A DNA stretch of 64,000 nucleotides from an uncultured Verrucomicrobiae bacterium (GCA_963804875.1 CAWDRX010000003.1:139838-203837), one strand, 5' to 3'. Positions 33,026-44,146 are shown, numbered from the stretch's first letter. The notes: generated by a model from the letters alone, not told the origin. Program-made: numbers and translations.

Positions 33026-34018
33026 CTAGAGCTCCCAGGTGTCGTTTAGCGGCACCTCATTATTTTGTCCGCCGAAGACAACCACGTGATGCAACGCGGG
33101 ATCGTAGGCCATCCCGTGACCTTCGCGCGGTGGCGGCCGCTGAGCTCTGAAAAATGGTCTCCAATCGGAAATAGATCCATACCACTTCCATGTGCTATCC
33201 TGATCTACGCCACCGTTTCCACCGCCAAAGAGAACGACCGAGCTCAGTAAAGGATCGTAAACGGCGGCACCCGCGTACACCCATGGAGGTTGAGAGCGCG
33301 GCGACTGCAGAGTCCACGTCGTTCCATCGTACGTCCAGGTGTTGATCGGATTGACGTCGGCAAGGCCGCCGAACATCACCACCTGACCTGTGGCCGTGTT
33401 GGTGGCGACTGCAGCTGAACCGCGCGCGAACGGCACGGTTGGGGGAAACAATTGCGTCCAATCGGAACCGTTCCATTGCCACATTGTCAGCTGGTAAAAT
33501 TGCCCATTGAATCCGCCAAAATAATCAACGTGGCCGCTTGGATCCGGAAACAACATCGGACCAGTGACCGCCGGAGGCTGGTGAGCCGGTGTAGCTTGCG
33601 TCCACTGTGAAGTTCCCCCATTCCACAGCCAGGTATCTCCCAAATAATTTGCTCCATCAAATCCACCGTAAAGCACCACCTCATGACTGACAGAATCATA
33701 AGCCATCTGAGCGGCAGCGCGGGCCGGAGGCGGGTTGTTGACCACAACTTGAGTCCAGGTAACACCGTCGAATTCCCACGTATCGTTCAGGTATCCGTTC
33801 CCATCGTAGCCGCCGAATACTATGATTTTTCCACTCACCGGGTCGTAAGCCATCGCAAGATACGAGCGCGCAGGGGGAGAATTGGTTGGTGAAAGTTGGG
33901 TCCATCCCACGAGAGATGGACGATCTGCCGATGCAATCGACCCAAACAACATTGCAAAGCAGCAGCAGATAACGGTCGGAAGTGAACGCGAAAAAGTACG
34001 AGGTCGTGTGAATTTCAT
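33026..34018 (-). CDS. Secreted Kelch-repeat beta-propeller protein.
   Basis: Signal peptide. Six blades of the type YDP...V.FGG......NDTW. Confidence 0.75.
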   Translation of the reverse strand: MKFTRPRTFSRSLPTVICCCFAMLFGSIASADRPSLVGWTQLSPTNSPPARSYLAMAYDPVSGKIIVFGGYDGNGYLNDTWEFDGVTWTQVVVNNPPPARAAAQMAYDSVSHEVVLYGGFDGANYLGDTWLWNGGTSQWTQATPAHQPPAVTGPMLFPDPSGHVDYFGGFNGQFYQLTMWQWNGSDWTQLFPPTVPFARGSAAVATNTATGQVVMFGGLADVNPINTWTYDGTTWTLQSPRSQPPWVYAGAAVYDPLLSSVVLFGGGNGGVDQDSTWKWYGSISDWRPFFRAQRPPPREGHGMAYDPALHHVVVFGGQNNEVPLNDTWEL

Positions 34019-34150
34019 GGAGGGGACTTAGAACGCTAAGACCGTAATTTTGTCAAATTTCCGGAGAAGATCCCAACACGTAACGGGCGCGGTGCTCAGC
34101 GCATTTGGTTGGGAGCGGGTATGCACATATCAAGCGACGCACCAGGCGGT

Positions 34151-35110
34151 TCATTTTACGTGCCGCCGGCGACTGCCACTCGGGCAGCCCCGTGCTTTCG
34201 GAAAAAGTTTTCGCACTTCTGCGCTGGCAGCGTCAGCAAGCAGATCTTCTTGAAGGCGTCGCCTGTCGCCGAATAGAAGATTCGATGCCCGCTGATCAAC
34301 GATGTGTCGCGCGAGCAAGTCGAGAGCCGAGTTCACGTCGCACAAGCCTTCGGCATAGACCAGCCGATCCTCGCGCTCAGCTCCGGAACTCTCAGACTGG
34401 TGGAGTAGTTGCCCGAAATACTGGCATGTTGCCTCGCGATACCTCGGCTGATGCGCGCCACAGATCACGACGTACGAGCCGGCCCAGCGCCTGTCGTTAA
34501 TGTCGTTACGCCATCGTCCAACCAGCGCGTTGAGTTGTTCGAGTTCGATGCATACAGCCACTCGTGCGGTTTCGAGAGCACTCGAGGCAAGGGCGCGAAC
34601 ATGTTCCTGAAGCCGGTCGAAATCGACTACACCTTCCGCGAAAACTCTGTCGACGAGCGCGCGCGTGCTGGACAACAATTCGTCGGCTGCCTTGGCGGAT
34701 GGCGGGGAGGAAGCACTGTCCGGCGAGGCGTTGATTACGGCGTGCACTTCGTGAACCTGCCTCCGCTTTTCGTGAAGCTCGCTCGCGGTCAGCTCTGTGA
34801 GGCGACCCTTTCCGTTTGCCATCAGCGTGAGTTGAACGCCGAACGCGAGATGCGCGAGCGCCTTGAGCTCGTGATAACGAACTGGTATCACTTGCTCGCA
34901 TTTTTCATTGCCGTCGCACAAAAGCGTTGCATCGTCGCCGATCAGAACAATCACGGGAACATCGTCGCCGAGCTCCACCATGACCTGCTCGACGACACGC
35001 GTATAGGTCTCATGGAAGCCGACGTTAATAGCGGCAAGCAGACCCTCATGCGGAGGGAGTTCACGCGCTTCGGCAAGTTTGCGCTGCGTATACGGATTAG
35101 GGCGGTTCAT
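34151..35110 (-). CDS. Hypothetical protein, 319 aa. No family recognised.
   Basis: Long ORF with protein-like composition. I cannot place it in a family. Confidence 0.4.
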   Translation of the reverse strand: MNRPNPYTQRKLAEARELPPHEGLLAAINVGFHETYTRVVEQVMVELGDDVPVIVLIGDDATLLCDGNEKCEQVIPVRYHELKALAHLAFGVQLTLMANGKGRLTELTASELHEKRRQVHEVHAVINASPDSASSPPSAKAADELLSSTRALVDRVFAEGVVDFDRLQEHVRALASSALETARVAVCIELEQLNALVGRWRNDINDRRWAGSYVVICGAHQPRYREATCQYFGQLLHQSESSGAEREDRLVYAEGLCDVNSALDLLARHIVDQRASNLLFGDRRRLQEDLLADAASAEVRKLFPKARGCPSGSRRRHVK

Positions 35111-35213
35111 GCATTTGTAGCATCAAACGCAGATCGATTGCCCGCCACCGTTTTCCGCGAAAGCCTTGCTATTCCCGAATGTTTTAAGGCAAACTGCATC
35201 CAATCGACGGCAT

Positions 35214-35798
35214 ATGTTGCGCGGTTTCATAATCTTGTTGATGGGCTGTTTGGCAAGTGCAGGGCTCGCCGAGGACACTTCTGTTATCAAATTCCAGTCA
35301 CCTGACGGGCATTTCGGATTGCGAGTCGCAGATCTCAAAGTTGATTTGATCGAAATCGCGTCGGGCAAGGTGATGATCGATTTAGGCACTTTATGGATCA
35401 ACAAGGATGATAGCAGCGATAAAGAGGAACCGCAGTTGGTATGGTCTGATGATTCAAAGTGGATGGCTTACGGCACGCGTACATCCGCATCCGGGAGTAC
35501 AGCGGTTTACTTCTGGGACGGTTCGGCCTTCAAGAAGCTCGCTTTGCCCGCAAAACTGCCTGAGCCAAAGATAAAACCTCGCAAAGGAGATAGTGACGTC
35601 AAACTCAAGGGTTACGCTGAGGAGCCTTTGAAATGGATACATCCGGGAGAACTGGAGGTGTCTAATAAGCTTATGGGAATTGGTCGGGACGTCGGTTTTC
35701 GTTACACGGGCTCAATTGTCGTTACTGTGGCGTTTGATGCGAGTGGTCGCGCCTCCATCAAAAGCGCCACTGAAACAAAGACCGAAGTATCGGAATAG
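35214..35798 (+). CDS. Secreted hypothetical protein.
   Basis: Signal peptide MLRGFIILLMGCLASAGLA internal to ORF 35166..35798. Confidence 0.45.
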   Translation: MLRGFIILLMGCLASAGLAEDTSVIKFQSPDGHFGLRVADLKVDLIEIASGKVMIDLGTLWINKDDSSDKEEPQLVWSDDSKWMAYGTRTSASGSTAVYFWDGSAFKKLALPAKLPEPKIKPRKGDSDVKLKGYAEEPLKWIHPGELEVSNKLMGIGRDVGFRYTGSIVVTVAFDASGRASIKSATETKTEVSE

Positions 35799-35835
35799 TG
35801 GATCACACTGCGGTTACTTATTCCTTTCTCGTTAG

Positions 35836-36909
35836 GTGCACAAAATTGTTGAGAGTATTGCTGGGTGGAAGTTCGGTACGGAGTCCGAATGGTCTGGACG
35901 GAGACGCGGGCCAACAGAGCGGAAGCTGTTAGGTTCGCAGACTTCGCGGCTGCGGCTGAGCATTACTTTCGTCGCCGCTGTCCTCCTCACAATGCTGTCG
36001 GGCATGTCTTGCTCGCGCCACGACAACGACTCCACACCGGCCAAAGCGAAGGGCAGGGGCCGTGTTACGATCGTTTATCAGGACGACGCCATCCTGCCGG
36101 AAAACCGGGACGCAATAAAGAAGATCAGGGATTCAGGCGTGTTCGAACGAATGGCAGACCGCCTAACGAAAACAGTCGCACTACCGCACGATCTCCAAGT
36201 CATTGTTACCGACAAGACTCCGAAGGGCATCGATGATCCGAGCGAAATAGACGGTACGATCTACTGGCCGGCGGCCTTTTCCAAGGCGACTCGCGACGTG
36301 CTCGTTGAATTTCTGCCCGAGGTCATCGCGAGTAGGGGTGCGCCGAGAGCCATCTCGCAAGAGAACTTCACAGCCGACATCCTGAACGTGTGGGCCAGTC
36401 AATTCATCCTTGGCCACGAGATGGGTCACGCCATCATCCGCCAGTTGAACCTTCCTTTAACGGGTATGGAAGAGGATTCCGCCGACGGCTTCGCGACCTT
36501 CTTCACTGTGAACGACAAGGACACCGGCCCGAACGCTGCGCTCGGGGGCGCTGTGCTATTCGACGCGATGGGCAGCAAAAGGCCAAATCTCACTCTCGAG
36601 GATTTCTCTAGCGATCATCCTGTCATTCTTCAGCGGGTGTACAACTTCGTCTGTGCCGTGGTCGGAAGCGACGCCCAGCGATTGCAGAACCCGCTCGTTA
36701 CCGACGGGTACATCCCGCAAGGCCGCGCCCTGCTCTGCCGGAAAGAATGGACGCAACTCAACTACGGCTGGTGGACCGTGCTCGAGCCGCACCTCAATGA
36801 GGGCTACAAGAAAGAGGCGCAGGCCGCACGGCAACAAGCTCTCATGGACCTTGAAGAAGAGAACAAGGTTCTACCTGACAAGATCAAGGTGATTCGCGGC
36901 GGGCAGTGA
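35836..36909 (+). CDS. Putative zinc metallopeptidase (DUF4344-like). Probably a lipoprotein. Start uncertain.
   Basis: FILGHEMGHAII (HExxH). TM/lipobox-like LLTMLSGMSC sits downstream of the first Met. Confidence 0.55.
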   Translation: MHKIVESIAGWKFGTESEWSGRRRGPTERKLLGSQTSRLRLSITFVAAVLLTMLSGMSCSRHDNDSTPAKAKGRGRVTIVYQDDAILPENRDAIKKIRDSGVFERMADRLTKTVALPHDLQVIVTDKTPKGIDDPSEIDGTIYWPAAFSKATRDVLVEFLPEVIASRGAPRAISQENFTADILNVWASQFILGHEMGHAIIRQLNLPLTGMEEDSADGFATFFTVNDKDTGPNAALGGAVLFDAMGSKRPNLTLEDFSSDHPVILQRVYNFVCAVVGSDAQRLQNPLVTDGYIPQGRALLCRKEWTQLNYGWWTVLEPHLNEGYKKEAQAARQQALMDLEEENKVLPDKIKVIRGGQ

Positions 36910-36967
36910 GACTTACTGTAGCGTGCGATGTCTGCGAAAATCTGCGCAATCTGCGGATGCAAATGCT

Positions 36968-37375
36968 TCATTCGTTAGGCTTCTTCTCTGGGATCGTCTG
37001 AAACGACGGAATTGATTCGTCGATGGCAACCCACGGCAATTTATCTTCGAGGAAGATCACTTTCTGCGGCGCAAATGGCGTCGGATCATCGAGCGACGCC
37101 ACAGTGAAATCGATTGTGTCCGAGTCCTTGCTGTCTTCGAAAAACAGATGTGTGCCGCAACACGCCGCAAAGGAACGAATCCGATTCTCGTACGGAATCT
37201 TGCGCGGTTCGCCCTTTGTCACGACCAGATCTTTGCGTGGCACCGATCCCCACTGCACATAGGGTGCACCTGCGCTTCGCCGGCAGTCGACGCAGTGACA
37301 ATCGACCAACGCACTTGGCTTGCTCTTCAACACGTACCGTGTCCCACTACAAACGCATCCACCAGTGATTGCCAT
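36968..37375 (-). CDS. GFA-family protein (glutathione-dependent formaldehyde-activating / CENP-V-like).
   Basis: GGCVCSG...CHCVDCRRSAG zinc-binding motifs. Confidence 0.75.
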   Translation of the reverse strand: MAITGGCVCSGTRYVLKSKPSALVDCHCVDCRRSAGAPYVQWGSVPRKDLVVTKGEPRKIPYENRIRSFAACCGTHLFFEDSKDSDTIDFTVASLDDPTPFAPQKVIFLEDKLPWVAIDESIPSFQTIPEKKPNE

Positions 37376-37575
37376 ACAATTCATTTACCAGAACAAATGA
37401 ATTACGAAACCAAGAACTCAGCTGTAGTACGCGCTGTCCCTAAACCATTTCAAGAGTGCTGGATCGCATATGCCCACCGCATTTTCGCTTATTCGCGGCC
37501 AATCTCGATCGGGATAGGACGTTGAGCGCCGCCATCAACCCTCGACGCTCAACGCCCCTAAACTCTGCTTCCCAT

Positions 37576-40275
37576 TTACGGCCGCGGAACTGGTGTTGAT
37601 CTCGGCCTTGGCGTTACCTGTGGTCTTGCGGTTGGAGTTGGCCTTGGCGTAGCCGTCGGCGTGGAGCTCGGCGTCACTGTTGGGGTGGGAGTAGACGTGG
37701 GTGTCCCTGTTGCAGTCGGAGTTGGCGTCGGCGTACCGGATGCAGTTGGAGTTGGCGTCGGCGTGCCGGATGCAGTCGGCGTAGGCGTTGGCGATGGCGG
37801 CGTCCCTGTTGCAGTTGGGGTAGGGGTTGGCGTCGGCTGCGGCGCGCCGCCAACATTGCGAAGGATCACGATCGCGTTATGCAGTCCGCTTGGAGGCAAT
37901 CCGATCGCTGCCGCAACATCGATTCGGCCGTCCCCGTCGAAATCGGCGACCGTTCCCAGCTGCGGTGTATTCCCGATGCCGTAGCGTTGATGTGGTCGCA
38001 AGCTGCCATCCGGATTCGTGAGAAAGACGGACACATCGTTCGACGCATAGTTTAATACCACGACGTCGGGCGTTCCATCTCCGTCGATGTCAGCAGCATG
38101 AAGGTCGTCGCTGATGCGGAGATTTTCCAACACACTCGAGCCTGTCTGGGTTCGCACCGATTGAAAGGTCCCGTTGCCGTTGCCCAGAGCCGTCCCGATC
38201 AACTCGGTGCCGAAGGCATCCTGTTGCATGATCATCGCGAGATCGAGCAAACCATCGTGATTAAAGTCTGCCATTTTGAACTTGTACGGCGCTGTAGTAC
38301 TAATGATAGGCGCTCCGAACGTAAGATTTCCATTTCCTGGAAATACGCCCATTCCATCTGACAGGGCGGTAATGATGTCGATTCTGCTATCGCCAGTTAC
38401 ATCCGCCAAAGCCAGACCGTGAGGCAACCGGCCAGGAAGAACAATATCAGTCATGCGAACGAAGTTCTGGTTTCCATCATTTCGGAAAATAAAGATGTGC
38501 GCCTCTTGATTAACGCAGGTTTCTTCTTCGGTCAGCACAACGTCGAGGTCGCCGTCGCCATCGAGGTCGGCAGCGTCAATGGTGCCCTCGCCGCAGGCGA
38601 AAACATTTGTTACAACTGTTGGAGCGAATGTTCCGTTGCCGTTGTTCAATGCCGTCCCGAAATGATATGAAGGATAATTACCGTCAGGCGCGAAGATCAT
38701 GTCGACAAAACCGTCGCCATTAATGTCTCTCAGTTTCATGTCGGCGAAATTTCGCACCGGTGTGTAATTAATCGCCGGCGCGAACGTGCCGTTACCGTTG
38801 TTCTTCAGAATTTTTAAGAGGGGATCGTTTGAAGCGACGTCGAGCTCGCCGTTCACTACGATGTCGATGTCGCCATCGTTATCGATGTCCGCGCTTTGAA
38901 CCGCATCGCTTTCTGATGCGACTTCGTATCGCGTCAGCAATCGGAACGCACCGTTGCCAGGATTTTCATGAACGGTGACCGCCGCTGAGGAATTCGCCAC
39001 CGTAAGGACATCACCGTCACCATCGTCGTCGAGGTCGACGATCGCCACATCGAATGTCTGTTGCGACGCTTCGTAATAAACAGGTGTGTTGAAACCTCCC
39101 GAACCATTGCTCTTAACGGTCACAAAGCCCTCAATCGCTCTGCCGGAAGGAACTGTCGCAACGATATCCGGAAAACTGTCACCATTAAGATTGCCCGTGG
39201 TCAGTTCTTTTGGCTGCGAAGTGAAGTTCTCGAACATGATTATTTCGGCCGACCCAAAGGTCCCGTTTCCATTATTTCGCCGGATGGTAACCGCGCCGTT
39301 GTCCACAGAGCCGGTGCTGTATAATCCGCCTCCGATCAAATCGACGTCGCCATCGTTATCGAGATCTGCCAGTGCGACTGCAGTTGAATCGAAACGCGCG
39401 TTAGGAGCTGGGTCGTATGGTACCGGCGTTCCGAAATTGCCGTTGCCCGTGTTGACCATGACCGCAAGCGTCGCGTCGAATCCAGCACCGACCTGCCCGC
39501 CCACGACCACATCCAAAATTGTGTCGCCATTAACGTCAGCCGCAGCAATTTTCTCCGCGTGATTTCCGCTGTTAAAAGTCACCGGCGCCAGGAATCCGGC
39601 CGAGTTTCCGGTCAAACCGTTATGCTTCAGAATCGAGATTGATGATCCGCCGTAGTTTGAAGTGACTACATCCGGTTTGCCGTCGCCCGTAAAATCGGCG
39701 ATCACGATTCCGGAAGGGCCCTGGCCGGTGGTAAATTCAACCGGGGCGGCAAAAGTGCCGTTCCCATTGTTGCGCCACACTTTGACCTTCGTCATTTGGT
39801 CGAAATCGCCGCGGATCGTTGCAAACGCATCCAGATCGCCGTCGGAATCGAAATCGGATAGCGCCACGTCTCCAACCACGTCGTTTATAGGAAGCGAATA
39901 ATAGACCGGCGCCGCGAAAGTTTGGTCGCCATTGTTTTTCAAAACGGAAACACCCGGTGAACCGAAAAAGCTGTCGCCGACAAGGATATCGACGTCGCCG
40001 TCCCCATCCAGATCACCCACAGCAAATGATGTTGGGCCAAAACCGCTGCTGAAAGTTCCGGTGTCGAATCCACGCCACGGCGCTTCAAATAAACCCTGCA
40101 CAAAGGTTAATGGGGCCGACTGGGACGCGAGGCCCATCGGCGAGGGCGGCGCGAAGGCAAAGGTAGACCTGGTTTGTGCGCTCACTTTTCCGGGTGCGCT
40201 GCTCCAAACCAATGCTGCCGCAACAGCAAAGGAGGCGGAAATAGCAGTAAGAGTAAGTCGATTAATCGATTTCAT
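37576..40275 (-). CDS. Secreted FG-GAP/VCBS-repeat beta-propeller protein (899 aa) with a C-terminal Pro/Thr-rich tail that ends Arg/Pro-rich.
   Basis: Signal peptide. More than ten repeats of DxDGDGxxD-type calcium-binding FG-GAP loops. Tail ...[19 protein letters not shown]...[22 protein letters not shown]. Confidence 0.75.
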   Translation of the reverse strand: MKSINRLTLTAISASFAVAAALVWSSAPGKVSAQTRSTFAFAPPSPMGLASQSAPLTFVQGLFEAPWRGFDTGTFSSGFGPTSFAVGDLDGDGDVDILVGDSFFGSPGVSVLKNNGDQTFAAPVYYSLPINDVVGDVALSDFDSDGDLDAFATIRGDFDQMTKVKVWRNNGNGTFAAPVEFTTGQGPSGIVIADFTGDGKPDVVTSNYGGSSISILKHNGLTGNSAGFLAPVTFNSGNHAEKIAAADVNGDTILDVVVGGQVGAGFDATLAVMVNTGNGNFGTPVPYDPAPNARFDSTAVALADLDNDGDVDLIGGGLYSTGSVDNGAVTIRRNNGNGTFGSAEIIMFENFTSQPKELTTGNLNGDSFPDIVATVPSGRAIEGFVTVKSNGSGGFNTPVYYEASQQTFDVAIVDLDDDGDGDVLTVANSSAAVTVHENPGNGAFRLLTRYEVASESDAVQSADIDNDGDIDIVVNGELDVASNDPLLKILKNNGNGTFAPAINYTPVRNFADMKLRDINGDGFVDMIFAPDGNYPSYHFGTALNNGNGTFAPTVVTNVFACGEGTIDAADLDGDGDLDVVLTEEETCVNQEAHIFIFRNDGNQNFVRMTDIVLPGRLPHGLALADVTGDSRIDIITALSDGMGVFPGNGNLTFGAPIISTTAPYKFKMADFNHDGLLDLAMIMQQDAFGTELIGTALGNGNGTFQSVRTQTGSSVLENLRISDDLHAADIDGDGTPDVVVLNYASNDVSVFLTNPDGSLRPHQRYGIGNTPQLGTVADFDGDGRIDVAAAIGLPPSGLHNAIVILRNVGGAPQPTPTPTPTATGTPPSPTPTPTASGTPTPTPTASGTPTPTPTATGTPTSTPTPTVTPSSTPTATPRPTPTARPQVTPRPRSTPVPRP

Positions 40276-40501
40276 GATTATTGATCCTGTCCACCGAATA
40301 TCGAAACGATTGCGAGTCCGTGCCCTCTCGAAAAAGTTAAACGACGTTAACTTTTGAAAGTGCCGGAACGAGGCCCATGCGACAAAACCGCGTCAGCGAA
40401 TGGGTTAATCAGCGCCGGCCTGACACTTAGTCGGGGAAACAAACAAACTTACGACCTTGAAATAGCCCGCGAATCTTTGCCAACAAAACCTGTCGGACCC
40501 A

Positions 40502-41071
40502 TCAATAAACGAACGGCACAAGTCGCTTGGTCCGCTTCACGTACTCCGCGTAACGCGGGCCTAGGGCCCCCGAAAGCGCTTCCTCTTCCACATTCATCCG
40601 GTGAATGAAAGCCACGCCAATCGGCACGAGAATAACCAGCAGTGCGGCCCAGTTGCGTAGCGACAGTGCCAGACCTACGAACGCCAGCAACACCCCAGTG
40701 TATGAAGGATGACGCACAAGACGGAACGGGCCTCGTTCGACCAGCTCATGGTCCTTTTCAATTGTCACATCGACGGTGAAGAAGCGGCCCAGCGTGATGA
40801 TGGCCCACCAGCGCATGATTAATCCCGCGACAAACAAAATAACGCTCGCGCTTGCAAGCAGCTGTCCGTCCGGCAGGGCGGCAGCGCGGAAATTTTTCGC
40901 GACGAAAACGCCCGCCGTTATGCTAATCGCAATCACCAACCAGATTATTCCCAGCGTACTGCGATCTTGTTTCGTGCCCGTCTTGCTGCGCGACCGCCGC
41001 GTTAAAGTCAGGAGGATCTCCGAAACGAGATAAATCAATCCGAGTTCCCAAGTGAGTGACATAGTCGACAT
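40502..41071 (-). CDS. Isoprenylcysteine carboxyl methyltransferase (ICMT/PEMT) family membrane protein.
   Basis: GPFRLVRHPSYTG motif. About five TM helices. Confidence 0.8.
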   Translation of the reverse strand: MSTMSLTWELGLIYLVSEILLTLTRRSRSKTGTKQDRSTLGIIWLVIAISITAGVFVAKNFRAAALPDGQLLASASVILFVAGLIMRWWAIITLGRFFTVDVTIEKDHELVERGPFRLVRHPSYTGVLLAFVGLALSLRNWAALLVILVPIGVAFIHRMNVEEEALSGALGPRYAEYVKRTKRLVPFVY

Positions 41072-41387
41072 TCCATCGTCTCTGAATGCGTCCGTCGCAA
41101 CGCTGTCCTTGGAGGCTACTGCTCGTTAGGCAAACGCATCGCGTGGAGCTGTGTAGCCACGGCCCCGTGGGCCGTACAGTTCGAAGCAGTAGCGGCTATA
41201 GGCCGGTGGCTACAACACTTTCGTTAGGCCGAACGCGTCCTTAAGTAAACAGCGCCGTTTTGGCGCTGCCGATAAAATCAACCGGCGTGCCAATTCGAAC
41301 AGAATACTGAACAAAATTGGTTGAACGCGAGTGCGCTTGAGCGGCTGCGCGTTGTCTAACTCGGTGAAAATAAAAAAGGAGAAAAAC

Positions 41388-43559
41388 ATGAACTTCATCG
41401 CTCTTGGTTTCGCACTTCAAAATGCACTCCACAATCCGTGGCTGCATGGTGCTGCTTTAGTGGTGTTGTTAGTCTGCCTGCCGCGGTTGCTGGGAATTGT
41501 TTACATTCCGCATACCCAGGTTGGCATCATCGAGAAGATCTGGAGCAGCAAGGGTTCGCTGCGCGAAGGCCAGATCATTGCCCGTAATGGTGAGGCCGGG
41601 TATCAGGCCCGCTTTCTACGTGGCGGTATTCACTTCGGATTATATCCGTGGCAATACCGCATTCATAAGGAACCGCTCGTCGTCGTAGCCGAAGGAAAAA
41701 TGGCGTACGTCTACGCGCGCGACGGTGTTCCACTGGAGCCGATCCAAACACTCGGTCGAACGGTGGATTCCAACCATTTCCAGGATGCGACTCGCTTCCT
41801 CGAAGCGCACGGTCAACGCGGGCGACAGCGCGGCATTCTACGCGAAGGCGTTTATGCCATTAACCTGGCGCAGTTCGTTGTCATCACGGAAGAACGTATG
41901 TTTTCCGGACCGGTGCGCGAATCGGCCGATCGCTACGAATCGTGGAAGGCGCAACTCGCAGCCATGCGCGCCTTTGATCCGGTAGTGATCGGAACAGGCG
42001 TTGGCGGTCAGAGCCACTTTCGTGCTGGCATTACTGAAACCAGTGCAAGTGAAGCAGGCTCGAGCCCCTCGTTAGCCGCGGCCACGCCGGACTTCAACCC
42101 GAATGTCGATACGATCGGCGTGGTGAGTATTCAGGACGGGCCAACCATTGGTTCGGGTGAAATCATTGCTCCGGAAGCGAAAGCGACCGATGGGAAAGAT
42201 CACAATTATTTCCAGGATCCGGAAGCCTTCCTGCAACTCGGAGGAAAACGTGGCAAACAATTACAAGTGCTCACGGACGGCACGTTTTTCATTAACCGCT
42301 GGTTCGGCACAGTGGAAATCAAGGCCAAGACGCTGATCCCGATTGGCTATGTGGGCGTGGTAGTCTCATATCATGGCGCAGCGGGAGATGACACGACCGG
42401 CGAGACGTTTCGTTACGGCGAACAAGTTGAGGCTGGTCACCGTGGTGTCTGGCGCTCGGCGCTCGCACCCGGCAAATACGCACTAAACCCGTACGCGGTT
42501 AAGGTGGAACTCGTCCCGACGATCAACTTCGTGTTGCGCTGGATCAGTGGCCAAACCGAAGCGCACCATTACGATGAAGACCTAACGAGTATCGATCTGA
42601 TTACGGCCGACGGGTATGAACCGCGTCTGCCGCTGTCGTTAGTCTTGCATATCGACTACCAGAAGGCGCCGTCAGTGGTGCAGCGTTTCGGCGATGTGAA
42701 GAGATTGATCACCCAGACACTTGATCCCATCCTGACGGCATATTTCCGTGATGTCGCGCAGACATCGCACATGCTGGATTTACTGACCAAGCGTGAAGAA
42801 ATTCAGAGACACGCGACGGAAGAATTGGGCGAACGCTTCAAGCGCTACGACATCAATGTGGTCGCGGTTTTGATTGGCCGGCCGGAATCGCGAGAGATCG
42901 CCCCCGGAAAAGCCGATCCGATCGAAACGTTGTTCGATCAATTGCGGATGCGGCGATTGGCAGACGAACAGCGCGCCACCTATGCAAAACAAGAGGAAGC
43001 TGCACAGCAACAGGTCGCTCTCAACCAGGCCAAGGCGAAAGCTGAACGTCAGACTGAGCTGACTCAAAGTGCGATCGCCGTCGAGATCGCTAAGAATCGT
43101 GGCCAGGCTCAATTTGCCGAAGCCGAACAGTTAGCGAAAAAACAGGTGACGCTTGCCGAAGGTGAGGCGCGAGCCAAGGAACTGATCGGCAAAGGCGAAT
43201 CTTCAAGGATCGCGCAAGTGGGTTTGGCGGAGGCGGCGGTCACATTGCAAAAGGTCAGTGCCTATCGGGATCCGCGTCTCTACGCGTTGAATGTGTTCGC
43301 GGATGAATTCTCGAAGAGTGTCCAGCCGCTGGTGCCGAGCAGGCTGTTCATAAGCAACGCCGGAGGCACAACAGGCGATGGTCAGGGTGGGGGAAGTGTT
43401 CTCGAAACGTTGCTCAATCTGATCCTGAGCGAGAAAGCCGGCATCAACCTCCAGGAAAATACCGGCAGCTCGAAGCCGATGGAGGATTTTATCAGGCAAT
43501 TCACCGGCGAGTCGCTCAGCTGGAAATGGCGACCGAACGGAAACACCTGCTACCCGTGA
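41388..43559 (+). CDS. Flotillin-like SPFH/band-7 protein with a long coiled-coil C-terminal region.
   Basis: N-terminal TM, then an SPFH core (GIIEKIWSSKG...). An Ala/Glu/Gln-rich coiled coil follows, then a C-terminal GGTTGDGQGGGSVLETLLNLI segment. Strong SD AAGGAG 8 nt upstream of the ATG at 41388. The ORF track started it at a GTG at 41331. Confidence 0.75.
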   Translation: MNFIALGFALQNALHNPWLHGAALVVLLVCLPRLLGIVYIPHTQVGIIEKIWSSKGSLREGQIIARNGEAGYQARFLRGGIHFGLYPWQYRIHKEPLVVVAEGKMAYVYARDGVPLEPIQTLGRTVDSNHFQDATRFLEAHGQRGRQRGILREGVYAINLAQFVVITEERMFSGPVRESADRYESWKAQLAAMRAFDPVVIGTGVGGQSHFRAGITETSASEAGSSPSLAAATPDFNPNVDTIGVVSIQDGPTIGSGEIIAPEAKATDGKDHNYFQDPEAFLQLGGKRGKQLQVLTDGTFFINRWFGTVEIKAKTLIPIGYVGVVVSYHGAAGDDTTGETFRYGEQVEAGHRGVWRSALAPGKYALNPYAVKVELVPTINFVLRWISGQTEAHHYDEDLTSIDLITADGYEPRLPLSLVLHIDYQKAPSVVQRFGDVKRLITQTLDPILTAYFRDVAQTSHMLDLLTKREEIQRHATEELGERFKRYDINVVAVLIGRPESREIAPGKADPIETLFDQLRMRRLADEQRATYAKQEEAAQQQVALNQAKAKAERQTELTQSAIAVEIAKNRGQAQFAEAEQLAKKQVTLAEGEARAKELIGKGESSRIAQVGLAEAAVTLQKVSAYRDPRLYALNVFADEFSKSVQPLVPSRLFISNAGGTTGDGQGGGSVLETLLNLILSEKAGINLQENTGSSKPMEDFIRQFTGESLSWKWRPNGNTCYP

Positions 43560-44146
43560 AAAGGCGGCACCCCGCTGAATTAGAAAACCAGAGTCGTCTC
43601 GCACTCGGCGCACCCGGGTGCGAGCGGCTTTCTAGTGGCCACGCCTGATGCCGGCGCGGTCTGTGGTTGATTTGGATTCGCCCTTAACACCGCCGCCAGC
43701 CTTGACGTCTTTTCTAGGTTGGAGGTCACGAATAATGGCCTCTTTTATCTCGTTTTTCAGCCTGCGCCAAACGGATCGGACCGTGTTGACGCTTGGCTCG
43801 TGTGTATTCTTGCTCAAACAGCCTTTCCTTCCCCAGTTTATGGTGGCCAACGTTTTAGCAACGACTCCGGGTCAGAGCAAGTTGAAAAACGCTTCGCGGC
43901 CGCGGCCGTTTCTGAGGAGCGCTTGTGCCCTCGCGTGTCGGTTTGATAGCCTGGCCATCGCTTCGCGTCGCAGCGGCGCCCTCGACGAGATCCAAATTAA
44001 AGTATTCCAAATCAGTGCTATCCGGGCCATCCGTGGTTGAGTTATTGATTCTTGGCGGTCCTTTTGTTCCATCTGGCTTCACCGTTTCAACTTCTCATAC
44101 CGGTACGGCTTGACGGCGCGAAGGGCGATGCATCACGCTAGGGTTT

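Noticed and set aside
37600-37860. Short periodic DNA repeats (gttggc/gtcggc units) that at first glance resemble a CRISPR or minisatellite.
   Set aside because: They are the coding sequence of the Pro/Thr-rich C-terminal tail of the FG-GAP protein. There are no spacer-like unique segments. The same holds for 51291..51500.
43632-44082. Two adjacent small minus-strand ORFs (75 and 72 aa) that could be read as a toxin-antitoxin pair.
   Set aside because: Low-complexity composition, no recognisable TA-family motifs, and different frames with no SD. More likely non-coding or degraded.
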